Assembly: GCA_013697395.1 (NCBI GenBank)
Contig: JACCWY010000414.1
Location: 1-34,022, forward strand
Direction of reading: 5' to 3'
DNA from: Chloroflexota bacterium
Lineage (GTDB): Bacteria > Chloroflexota > Limnocylindria > QHBO01
DNA length: 34,022 bases
Shown here: piece after piece, positions 16,386 through 24,600 of the stretch
How the letters are laid out: each line of letters opens with the position of its first letter
Numbering within the stretch: the stretch's first letter is position 1
The notes under the pieces: generated by a model
The model's database searches: none
What the model was told of the DNA's origin: nothing
Seen by the model: the letters and a program-made list of their open reading frames with translations, nothing else
Translations under genes and position numbers: made by a program

Positions 16386-17257
16386 GCCTCCACCGTCACC
16401 GTTCGCTCATCGGTGCCGCGCACGAGGGTGATCTCGAGCGCGCCCTCGCCGGCGAGCGCTTCGAAGAGGTCGTCCGCGCTCCCGATCGGCTTGCCGCCGA
16501 CGGCCACCAGCAGGTCGCCTTCCGCGATCCCGGCCTTTGCGGCGGGGGAGTCGTCATCCACCTCGCGGACCAGCAGACCGTCACGCTCCGGCAGGCCCAC
16601 CGAGCGGCGCAGCTGTCGAGCCACGTGCGACGGTGCCAGGCCAACGCCGAGGCGGCGCCGCTTCGGCGACTCGCCGCGCCCGAGTGCGGTGATGCGGTCG
16701 CGCAGCGCGGCATCCGCCGCGATGGCCAGGTAGAACCCGTTCCCGAGCCGGTTCGTGTTGATGCCGAGGAGCCGCCCGTCGAGGTCGACGATCGGGCCGC
16801 CGGACGAGCCGGGCATCAGGGGAGCCGTGTGCTCCACGGCGCCCGCCACGCGTCGCCCGCGCGGGCCGCGGAACGAGCGGCCGGTGCCGCTCACGAAGCC
16901 GAAGGTGACGCGCGGGCCGTGACCGTTCGGATTGCCGAGCGCGACGACGGGGCCGCCGACGCCGGCCGTCTCGCCATCCTCCAGCTCGAGCGCCGCTGCC
17001 CCCTCGGTGGCGGCCTCGAGGACCGCCAGGTCGCCGTCCGCGTCGACACCGACGACCGTTGCATCGGCGCTCCGTCCATCGGCGAAGGTGATCGTCACCT
17101 CGTCGCCGTGCAGGTTGTGTGCGTTCGTCAGGATCCGGTTCTCGCCGATGATCACGCCGGAGCCGCCCCGCCATCGGTTGCCGATCCCGACCACCGATGG
17201 TCCAACGCGCTCCGCGATATCGCCGATCTCCCGGCCCAGGTCTGCCAGGGCTGTCAT
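16382..17257 (-). CDS. HtrA/DegP-family trypsin-like serine protease with a C-terminal PDZ domain
   Basis: Catalytic triad contexts are TNAHNL, DLAVLE and PGSSGGPIV. The PDZ domain reads GLLVREVDDDSPAAKAGIAEGDLLVAVGGKPI. Confidence 0.9.
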   Translation of the reverse strand: MTALADLGREIGDIAERVGPSVVGIGNRWRGGSGVIIGENRILTNAHNLHGDEVTITFADGRSADATVVGVDADGDLAVLEAATEGAAALELEDGETAGVGGPVVALGNPNGHGPRVTFGFVSGTGRSFRGPRGRRVAGAVEHTAPLMPGSSGGPIVDLDGRLLGINTNRLGNGFYLAIAADAALRDRITALGRGESPKRRRLGVGLAPSHVARQLRRSVGLPERDGLLVREVDDDSPAAKAGIAEGDLLVAVGGKPIGSADDLFEALAGEGALEITLVRGTDERTVTVEA

Positions 17258-17280
17258 GAGTTCTCGATGCCTCCACAGGG

Positions 17281-17330
17281 TAAGATGTCACTTGCAATGC
17301 ACAAGTTACACCTCCGCCGGACGCTGTCAA
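17281..17330. promoter_or_regulatory. Divergent htrA/hxlR control region. Minus-strand -35 TTGACA (17325-17330) and -10 TAACTT (17303-17308), 16-nt spacer. Plus-strand TAAGAT (17281-17286). Inverted repeat TGTCACTTG-N7-CAAGTTACA (17286-17310, 1 mismatch)
   Basis: All elements were read directly. The palindrome overlaps the -10/TSS of the putative htrA promoter, as expected for an HxlR-type operator. Confidence 0.4.
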
Positions 17331-17335
17331 GGCCG

Positions 17336-17770
17336 ATGCCCTACGATCCCCCGGTGGCCGCCCAGACACCCCTTGCCGCGGCGCTCGAGCGCGTCGGTGA
17401 CCGATGGAGCCTGCTCATCATCGAGGCCCTCCTGAACGGCTCTCGCCGCTTCGGCGAGCTGTCTGCCGAGGTGTCGGGGATCGCCCCGAACATCCTGTCC
17501 GAGCGGCTGAAGCGCCTGGAGGGCGAGCGGATCGTGCGCGCCACGCCGTACTCGGAGCGACCACCACGCTTCACTTATGCCCTGACCGACGAAGGCCTCG
17601 AGCTGGCCGGCGTCCTGCGCCTGCTGGCCGATTGGGGCTCCCGCGGCTCTGCCCAGGCCGAGCCGATGCGCCACGCGGCGTGCGGCACGCCCGTCGAGGC
17701 CCGGCTGTGGTGTCCGACCTGCGCCCGCTCGGTCGAGGAGCCCGAAGCCGACGGCCTCCGCTTCGTGTGA
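17336..17770 (+). CDS. HxlR-family winged-helix transcriptional regulator with a Cys-rich C-terminal tail
   Basis: LERVGDRWSLLIIEALLNGSRRFGELSAEVSGIAPNILSERLKRLEGERIV...RFTYALT. The tail contains C-x11-CxxC. ATG 17297 is an alternative (possibly leaderless) start. Confidence 0.85.
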   Translation: MPYDPPVAAQTPLAAALERVGDRWSLLIIEALLNGSRRFGELSAEVSGIAPNILSERLKRLEGERIVRATPYSERPPRFTYALTDEGLELAGVLRLLADWGSRGSAQAEPMRHAACGTPVEARLWCPTCARSVEEPEADGLRFV

Positions 17771-17842
17771 TGGTCCGCGGTCGGTGACAATTCCGTAATA
17801 CTTGTGCGGGGAGGGCACGCACAATCCAGCTTCGTGACACGC

Positions 17843-17872
17843 TTGACAAGTGACCGAATGGTCACATATAGT
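17843..17872 (+). promoter_or_regulatory. Sigma70-like promoter TTGACA (17843-17848) - 18 nt - TATAGT (17867-17872), with the perfect palindrome GTGACC-GAAT-GGTCAC (17850-17865) in the spacer
   Basis: Read directly. The -10 ends 10 nt before ATG 17883 with no SD. This suggests a leaderless or very short-leader arsR-like mRNA and an autoregulatory operator. Confidence 0.5.
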
Positions 17873-17882
17873 CGGCGTCAGG

Positions 17883-18662
17883 ATGGAAGAGCTGGAGCCC
17901 GCGTTTCGCGCCCTCGCCGATCCGCATCGGCGCACCCTGCTCGATCGGCTCCGGGAGCGTGACGGCCAGACGCTGGGCGAGCTCTGGGCCGCGCTGCCGC
18001 AGATGACCCGGTTCGGCGTCATGAAGCACCTGCGGGTCCTCGAGGACGCGCACCTGGTGACTTCGCGACGCGACGGCCGCCGCAAGCTCCACTTCCTCAA
18101 TCCCGTTCCGATCCGCCTCATCGCGGACCGGTGGATCAGCCGCTACGCCGCGCCCCTGGTCGAGGCGATGGCGGACATCAAGCACACCGTGGAGAGGCGA
18201 ACGATGTCCGAAGCACCCAAGCATGTCTACGAGGTCTACATCGCCGCGACGCCGGAGCAGGTCTGGCGCGCCCTGACCGAGTCGGAGTTCACGAAGCAGT
18301 ACTACTACGGCAACACGATCGAGTCGGACTGGCAGCCCGGCTCACCGATGGTCTACCGCAACCCCGACGGCACCGCGGCCATCGAGTGCGAGGTCGTCGA
18401 GGCCGATCCGCCGCGGAGGCTCGTCCATACCTTCTTCTTCCCGGGCACCGACGACTCGCCGTCGCGCTGCACATGGTCTATCGAGCCACGAGGCGAGGCG
18501 ACCTTGCTCGTCCTGACACACGACGAGTTCGACGCTGAGACGCCCACGTATCGGAGCGTCGCCCATGGCTGGGTGCCGATCCTGTCCGGTCTCAAGACCC
18601 TGCTCGAGACGGGCAAGCCGCTCGCCATCAGCTATCCGGCAGCCGAGGGCGTCCGCGACTGA
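17883..18662 (+). CDS. ArsR/SmtB-family HTH fused in frame to an SRPBCC (AHSA1/START-like) domain
   Basis: N-terminus: FRALADPHRRTLLDRLRERDGQTLGELWAALPQMTRFGVMKHLRVLEDAHLV. C-terminal half: HVYEVYIAATPEQVWRALTESEFTKQYYYG...LVLTHDEF. An internal SD GGAGAGG (18191-18197) plus ATG 18204 sits at the domain junction. Confidence 0.85.
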   Translation: MEELEPAFRALADPHRRTLLDRLRERDGQTLGELWAALPQMTRFGVMKHLRVLEDAHLVTSRRDGRRKLHFLNPVPIRLIADRWISRYAAPLVEAMADIKHTVERRTMSEAPKHVYEVYIAATPEQVWRALTESEFTKQYYYGNTIESDWQPGSPMVYRNPDGTAAIECEVVEADPPRRLVHTFFFPGTDDSPSRCTWSIEPRGEATLLVLTHDEFDAETPTYRSVAHGWVPILSGLKTLLETGKPLAISYPAAEGVRD

Positions 18663-18694
18663 GCGTGTCGCCCGCGGTGGCGGGAGCATTGCGT

Positions 18695-18709
18695 GCCAAC
18701 CAGGTTGGC
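18695..18709. repeat. 15-bp palindrome GCCAACCAGGTTGGC, copy 1
   Basis: 7-1-7 inverted repeat read directly. It is followed by N11-GGAGCG, as in copy 2. Confidence 0.7.
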
Positions 18710-18778
18710 CCTGTGACCGAGGAGCGTGGCCTTGGGGCGAGTTCCGGGGCCGGATGCGGCCCTTCGACGGTCATCAGG

Positions 18779-18793
18779 GCCAACCAGGTTGGC
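18779..18793. repeat. 15-bp palindrome GCCAACCAGGTTGGC, copy 2 (identical, 84 bp downstream of copy 1)
   Basis: Exact duplicate read directly. It has the same N11-GGAGCG downstream spacing. Confidence 0.7.
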
Positions 18794-18859
18794 GGATCGG
18801 CCGGGGAGCGACCGCTTGTCGGTCGTAGCGCCAATTGACCTGGCAATCGCCCGCGCGCC

Positions 18860-18879
18860 GCGCTCGATGCGTCGAGCGC
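18860..18879. terminator. GC-rich hairpin GCGCTCGA-tgcg-TCGAGCGC without a U-tract (possible bidirectional terminator or structured RNA)
   Basis: Perfect 8-bp stem with a 4-nt loop, in the ORF-free convergent spacer. There is no T-run on either side. Confidence 0.3.
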
Positions 18880-19063
18880 ATCTCACCGGATCGAGTTCTC
18901 GCGTGCGTTCGCGCGATCTATTGAGCACCGGTATGCACCGAGCGTGCGGTCGGGCGACCCTCACGCTCGCCCGCGCTCGATGGATCGTCTGAATCGCACG
19001 TCGAGCAGGCGTCGCGTGAAGACCGCTCGCTCTGGGAGCGCCGAGCCGGTCGCGCCCAATGCG

Positions 19064-19867
19064 CTAGGCCGGCTCCCAGGTGAAGTCGCCGGTGAACATG
19101 CCGTCGACGAAGCCGATCTGGTAGGCGAGATACAGGCCGAAGGCCAGCGAGAGCAATCCGGAGCCGATGGTCAGCCATCGGTTGATCTGGGCGGACCGCG
19201 CCCGGGCGATCCAGAACGGCAGGCCGATGACCGTCGTCAGGACGGCCATCCCGGCCGCCACGCCGAGGCAGAAGATCACGAGGTAGGCAAGCGCGGTGCC
19301 CGTGTCCTGGATGGTTGCCAGGACCAGCAGCGCCACGGCCGCGCTGCCCGCCAACCCGTGCACGAGCCCGACGGCCACCGGCCGCAGGAGCTGGTACCAG
19401 CCGAACGTGGCGACCAGCCCGGTCACGCCGCCGAGGTGGGGATCGGTGCCGTGCCCGTGCACGTGGGCGTGCCCGTGCGCGTGATCCTCGGGCGGCTCGC
19501 CGTGCGCGTGGGCGTGCTCGTGGTCGTGCCCGTGCAGCGGCGCCGGCGGGGTGAGCCGCTCCGTGATGCCGCGCAGGCCGCCGGTCAGGTTCAGGATGCC
19601 GAGGCCGATCAGCATGACCGCCACCGCGAACTCCATGGCGAGGCCCACCGCCGGTGCGATGACCACGTTGAATACGATGATCAGCACACCGACGGTGACC
19701 ACCGTGATCGTATGGCCAAGCCCCCAGAGCGCACCGATCAGCGTCGTGTGCGCGAAGCGGCGGCTGCGGTTGAGAATCGTCGTCACGGCGATCACGTGAT
19801 CCGCATCGGTCGCGTGGCGCATGCCGAGCAGGAAGCCGAAGCCGGCAAGCGCGAGCAGCTGGGTCAT
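19064..19867 (-). CDS. NiCoT/NicO-superfamily nickel/cobalt transporter with a His-rich loop
   Basis: GMRHATDADHVIAV (HAxDADH signature), WGLGHTITVV, six or more TM segments, and the loop HGHDHEHAHAHGEPPEDHAHGHAHVHGHG. A GGAG SD lies 5 nt upstream of the ATG. Confidence 0.85.
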   Translation of the reverse strand: MTQLLALAGFGFLLGMRHATDADHVIAVTTILNRSRRFAHTTLIGALWGLGHTITVVTVGVLIIVFNVVIAPAVGLAMEFAVAVMLIGLGILNLTGGLRGITERLTPPAPLHGHDHEHAHAHGEPPEDHAHGHAHVHGHGTDPHLGGVTGLVATFGWYQLLRPVAVGLVHGLAGSAAVALLVLATIQDTGTALAYLVIFCLGVAAGMAVLTTVIGLPFWIARARSAQINRWLTIGSGLLSLAFGLYLAYQIGFVDGMFTGDFTWEPA

Positions 19868-19890
19868 CGCGTCTCCGTGGTGGTGGAGCC

Positions 19891-19916
19891 TACTATTGCA
19901 AGAGGTTGCAATAGTA
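19891..19916. promoter_or_regulatory. Perfect inverted repeat TACTATTGCAA-GAGG-TTGCAATAGTA (11-bp arms). Candidate Fur-family operator in the 60-bp divergent spacer
   Basis: Read directly. It lies between the transporter start (19867) and the fur-family start (19928). It overlaps a candidate -10 TAAACT (19915-19920), 7 nt before ATG 19928. Confidence 0.6.
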
Positions 19917-19927
19917 AACTACCGGTC

Positions 19928-20407
19928 ATGAACGTCAACCGAGCGCTCCCGCCACCGTGGAGCAGCGTCGGCGATCGCCTCCGCGAGCGAGGCCTTCGCT
20001 GGACGCCGCAGCGACGCACGGTCATCGAGGTGCTCGCAGCGTGCGACGGGCACATCACCGGAGCGGACCTCGTGGAGCGCTGCCGGTCCCGCGACATGTC
20101 GACGATTCCGTCGACCGTCTACCGCACGCTCGACGTCCTCGAAGAGCTGGGGCTCGTCCGTCACGGCCACGATGCCAACGGGCGCGAGGAGTTCCACGTC
20201 CTGCCGGCCCAGGAGCACGGACACCTCCATTGCTCCAGATGCGGCGCCACGTGGGAAATCGGCGAGGCCAGGGCGTGGGCCGTCGCCGAAGCCCTTCGGG
20301 CGGCCGACGGCTTCGAGATCGACATTGGCCACGTCACGCTCGTTGGCCGATGCCAGGACTGCGCGGACGGGGTCGCTGACCTGCCCCCCGGGTCGACACG
20401 GGACTGA
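19928..20407 (+). CDS. Fur-family metalloregulator (metal specificity not determinable; Nur/Zur/Fur-like)
   Basis: RWTPQRRTVIEVL...HITGADLVERC...STVYRTLDVLEELGLV, HGHLHCSRCG and GRCQDC (CxxC pairs). Confidence 0.9.
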   Translation: MNVNRALPPPWSSVGDRLRERGLRWTPQRRTVIEVLAACDGHITGADLVERCRSRDMSTIPSTVYRTLDVLEELGLVRHGHDANGREEFHVLPAQEHGHLHCSRCGATWEIGEARAWAVAEALRAADGFEIDIGHVTLVGRCQDCADGVADLPPGSTRD

Positions 20408-20410
20408 GCG

Positions 20411-20463
20411 CGGGCTCCGCCGCAATCCACCCGTACCCACGGGTGGAATCCCGTGGGAGCCCG
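20411..20463 (+). terminator. Nested GC-rich stem-loops just after the fur-family stop: outer CGGGCTCC/GGAGCCCG, inner CCACCCGT-accc-ACGGGTGG, with a competing CCCACGGG-tggaat-CCCGTGGG
   Basis: Stems read directly. They are followed by AATTTCC, a weak U-tract. A likely terminator, but the competing helices could also be regulatory for the downstream hydrolase. Confidence 0.4.
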
Positions 20464-20541
20464 CCGAATTTCCTCCGTTCAGCCGTCCGTTGACCCGACC
20501 CACCGGTCAATGGCTGGTTCGCCGCTGCTAGGCTGCGCGGC

Positions 20542-21477
20542 GTGCGCACGAGTGCCCCGGACGTCGGCTTCCTGGGGGCGCGGGTCGAGACGGACCTGGC
20601 CCGGATTGACGCAGACGTCGCCATCCTCGGCGTCCCCCACGGCTGGCCGTATCCGCGTCCGGGCGCGACGGCCGGCTGCGCAGAGGGGCCCGCCGCCGTC
20701 CGCCGTCGCTCCCAGCGCCTGGCGCGATTCGTGGATCACTGGGACTTCGACCTCGACGGACCGATGCGCCTCCCGCGCATCGTCGATGCCGGCGACGTCC
20801 CCGGCGACCCGACCGACGGGCCGGGCAACGCGCGGCGCACGAGCGAGGCGATCGCCGCCATCCTCGAGCGCGATGCCATCCCGGTCTGCATCGGCGGTGA
20901 CGACTCCGTGCCCATTCCGATCCTGCGCGCCTACGAAGGCCTCGGACCGCTCACGGTCCTCCAGGTGGACGCCCACCTCGACTTCCGTGACGAGGTGCAG
21001 GGCGTAAGGGATGGGTACTCGTCCCCGATGCGCCGCGCGTCGGAGATGGCGCACGTCGAGCGCATCGTCCAGGTCGGGCTCCGTGGCGTCGGCTCGGCAC
21101 GCGCCTCGGACGTCGACGACTCGCGCGCCGCCGGGAACCTGCTCGTCACGGCGCGCGAGCTCCGCGAGCGAGGCGTTCCGTGGCTGCTCGATCAGCTGCC
21201 GGCGCCGGACGCATCGGTCTTTGTCAGCTTCGACTGCGACGGGCTCGATCCATCGGTCTTTCCCGCAGTCTCGGCTCCGGCGCCAGGCGGCCTGACGTAC
21301 GCGCAGGCGTCGGGATTGCTGCGCGGCATCGGCCCGCGTCTCGTCGGCGCCGCGTTCACCGAGTATGTCCCGTCGCTCGACGTGAACGAGCTCTCGGCGC
21401 TGGTGCTGGCGCGTCTCGTGGTCGACCTGGCCGGCGTCGTACAGCACGGTTTGACTCCGCCGGCGTCCGAGGGCTAG
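20542..21477 (+). CDS. Arginase/agmatinase/ureohydrolase-family hydrolase with a variant first metal motif (GGDDS)
   Basis: Motifs align with E. coli SpeB: CIGGDDSVPIPILRAY (SpeB has FGGDHFVTLPLLRAH), VLQVDAHLDFRD, VFVSFDCDGLDPSVFP, FTEYVPSLD. GTG start. A candidate -10 TAGGCT lies 8 nt upstream. Confidence 0.9.
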   Translation: MRTSAPDVGFLGARVETDLARIDADVAILGVPHGWPYPRPGATAGCAEGPAAVRRRSQRLARFVDHWDFDLDGPMRLPRIVDAGDVPGDPTDGPGNARRTSEAIAAILERDAIPVCIGGDDSVPIPILRAYEGLGPLTVLQVDAHLDFRDEVQGVRDGYSSPMRRASEMAHVERIVQVGLRGVGSARASDVDDSRAAGNLLVTARELRERGVPWLLDQLPAPDASVFVSFDCDGLDPSVFPAVSAPAPGGLTYAQASGLLRGIGPRLVGAAFTEYVPSLDVNELSALVLARLVVDLAGVVQHGLTPPASEG

Positions 21478-21624
21478 CATCCACGGCATTCGTCTTCCTC
21501 CCTAAGCGGGGATCCCCTGCCCGGACTGCTGCTTATCGAACTGAGCCGGATCGAAACGCCCCATCGACCGGCCGCGCATCGCGGTCCTCAACTCCCGTAA
21601 GCCCTAGCGGAGGTTGCCCGTCCC

Positions 21625-24600
21625 GTGATACGACGACTGTTCGTTCTCGTCAGCGTACTGACCCTGGTGTTGCCCTCAACGGTCTTCGCCGAGGATCCCA
21701 GCGTCGCCGATCGCTTCCCGTCCAGCCCGTCACGAGGGATCGTCGACCCCGCGGTCCTTCCTGCCGCGATCGATGACTCTCGGTCCGTGACCGTGATGGT
21801 TCAGCTCGAGGGAGACCCGGTTGCGGTCGTCCAGGCCGAGTCGAACCGCAAGCTGACCAGGGCCGAGCGCGATGCCATCAAGGCTCAGCTCAAGGCGAGG
21901 CAGGACGCCATCACGGACGACATCGCCGCCCAGGGTGGCGAGGTCGAGTCGCAGCTGCAGTCCGCCTACAACGGCATCCGCGTCCGGGTCTCGCGACGCG
22001 ATGCCGCCGCCCTCGCATCGCTGCCCGGCGTCATCGGCGTTCGGGGCCTGCAGGTGCAGACCATCGAGAATGCGACAAGCGTGCCGTTCCTGGGCGTGCC
22101 GGCGGTATGGCAAAGCACCGGCTTCACGGGCGAGAACATCAGCGTCGGGATCATCGATACCGGGCTGGATTACACGCATGCCAACTTCGACGGCCCCGGA
22201 ACTGCTGCAGCCTACGACGCTGCCGATGCGCTCGACATCACGATCGGTGACGCCGGCGACGCAGGCCTGTTCGGGCCGGACGCGCCGAAGGTCAAGGGCG
22301 GGTTCGACTTCTCTGGCGACACCTACGACGCCTCCTCCGACGATCCGGCCATCAATACGCCCAAGCCCGATCCCGATCCGCTCGACTGCCAGGGGCACGG
22401 GTCGCACGTGGGCGGGACCACCGGTGGCTTCGGAGTGCTCGCCGACGGCACGACCTACGGGGATGATGAGGGCGAGACGTATGACGAGTCGACCCACCTG
22501 AACGAGTTCAAGGTCGGCCCGGGCGTCGCGCCGAACGTCGACCTGTACGCCCTTCGCGTCTTCGGCTGTGACGGCTCCACCGACCTGACCGTCAATGCCA
22601 TCGATTGGGCCGTCGACAACGAGCTCGATGTCATCAACATGTCGCTTGGCTCGCCATTCGGTCGAGCGACCGACCCGTCGGCGGTGGCCTCTACCAACGC
22701 CGCGGCCGCCGGTGTCATCGTCGTGGCCTCAGCAGGCAACAGCGGGGCCAACCCGTACATCACCGGTGCACCCGGTGCCGGCGACGGCGCGATCAGCGTC
22801 GCCGCGGTCGACAGCTCGGCGACCTTCCCGGCCGCCATCCTCGGGCTCAGCACCGGCGCGTCGGTGACGGCCATCAACGCCAACGCAGCGGACCTGCCCG
22901 CAGGCCCGCTGCCCATCCACGTCCTGCGTAACCCGGACGGTACGGTCAGCCTTGGCTGCAACGGGATCGGGGCGGGTGGCGCACCCCTGCCTGGGAGCAC
23001 ACCGGGCGAGTACGCAGCCCAGAACGTCGCGGGCAAGATTGTCGTCACGGTGCGTGGAGGCTGCGCTCGCGTCGCGCGGGCTGTTCACGCCCAGCAGGCT
23101 GGTGCGGCCGGCGCGATCATGATCGACACGAGCCCTGGCTTCCCGCCGTTCGAGGGCGAGATCACCGGCAATCCCGACATCCCTGGTCACGAGTACCTCG
23201 TGACGATTCCCTTCCTCGGCGTCCGCGGCGTGCTGGGACCGAATCCGACGGAGGACGGCGACCTCGTCGTTGCCGCCGACGGAGGGACAACCACGCTGAC
23301 AGCGACGACGCTCACGAACCCCGGCTTCCGTGGCTTCGCGAGCTTCAGCTCCGGTGGGCCCCGGAACGGCGACAGCGCTGCCAAGCCGAATATCGCCGCC
23401 CCCGGTGTCAGCACCCTCTCCACGGACGTCGGCACCGGAACGGGCGGCACCCGGATGTCGGGGACCTCGATGGCCTCGCCGCACGTGGCGGGTGTCGCGG
23501 CTCTGGTCCGCGAATCGCATCCGGACTGGTCGGTCGAGGATGTGAGCGCCGCCATCCAGAACTACGCGGATCCATCTGCCGTTGCGGGATACCGTCTGAC
23601 ACGGGCAGGAACGGGACTAGTCGACACCGCCGAGTCGGTGGCTGCCGACGTCGTCGCACTCGGCGACGGCGTGACGGCGGAGGATGCCGAGGGAAATCCC
23701 GTCGGGTTCATGACCGCCAGCCTGAGCTATGGGTTTGCGGAGCTGGGAGCGAACTTCAGCGGCACGAGGACGCTGACGGTTCGCAATCACGGCGATGCCG
23801 ATGTGACCCTGAACCTCGGTTCGGAGCCCTCGCCGCAGTCGCGCCCGGCGTCGCTCGCCTTCGGCGCGGCCGCGCTGACGGTGCCGGCCGGTGGCGAGTC
23901 CGCGGTCGAGGTCACGCTGAACGTGCCCGTCGCCAGCGTGGGTGGGTCCTTCTCGACCAACCAGTTCGCCTTCCGGGAGGCATCGGGCAACGTGACGCTC
24001 TCGAGTGGAGAGCTCGTGCTGCGGGTCCCGTACCTGCTCGTGCCGCGGGCGCTCTCGAACGTGGAGACAGCGCTCGACGGACCGCTCACCACGAGCGGCG
24101 CGAACCGCAAGCAGACGGCCACCGTCACCAACGAGGGTGGCACGCTCACGACCGCCGCGGATGTGTACGCCTGGGGCCTTGAGGATCCTGACGACATGAA
24201 CGAAGGCGCCCTCGGCGGCGGCGGATACGACGTTCGAGCCGTGGGCGTCCAGTCGTTCGACGCCGAAGAGGCGCTGGGAGACCGCGCGTTCCGAAACGAC
24301 CGGTTGCTGGTCTTCGCGATCAACAACTGGAGCCGATGGTCCACGGCGGCCGTCAACGAATGGGACATTAACGTCGATAGCAATGGGGACGGGTCACCCG
24401 ACTACATCGTCGTCGCGATCGACTCCGGGGCCATTCGGACCGGCAGCTTCAACGGCCTGCTGGAGGTCTTCTTCGTGGATCTGGCCACGGGTGACCTGTT
24501 CGCCAGTGGCTTCCTGGCAAGCTCGCCAACCGATAGCAGCACACTGCTGCTGCCGGTCCTGGCAAGCGACCTTGGCCTGTCCAACTCGGCCCGCCAATTC

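Noticed and set aside
20408-20541. Guanidine riboswitch (ykkC, mini-ykkC, ykkC-III) upstream of the arginase-family gene.
   Set aside because: The hairpin loops are ACCC and UGGAAU rather than ACGR. There is no GGGA/CUAGGGUUCCG-like core or GGAC pseudoknot elements. Only a short CCGUACCC resemblance exists, which is insufficient.
21508-21517. Perfect 10-bp palindrome GGGGATCCCC, and direct ATCGAA repeats, upstream of the S8 protease gene.
   Set aside because: They are short, loop-less and isolated, with no second copy or adjacent regulator. Chance occurrence is likely.
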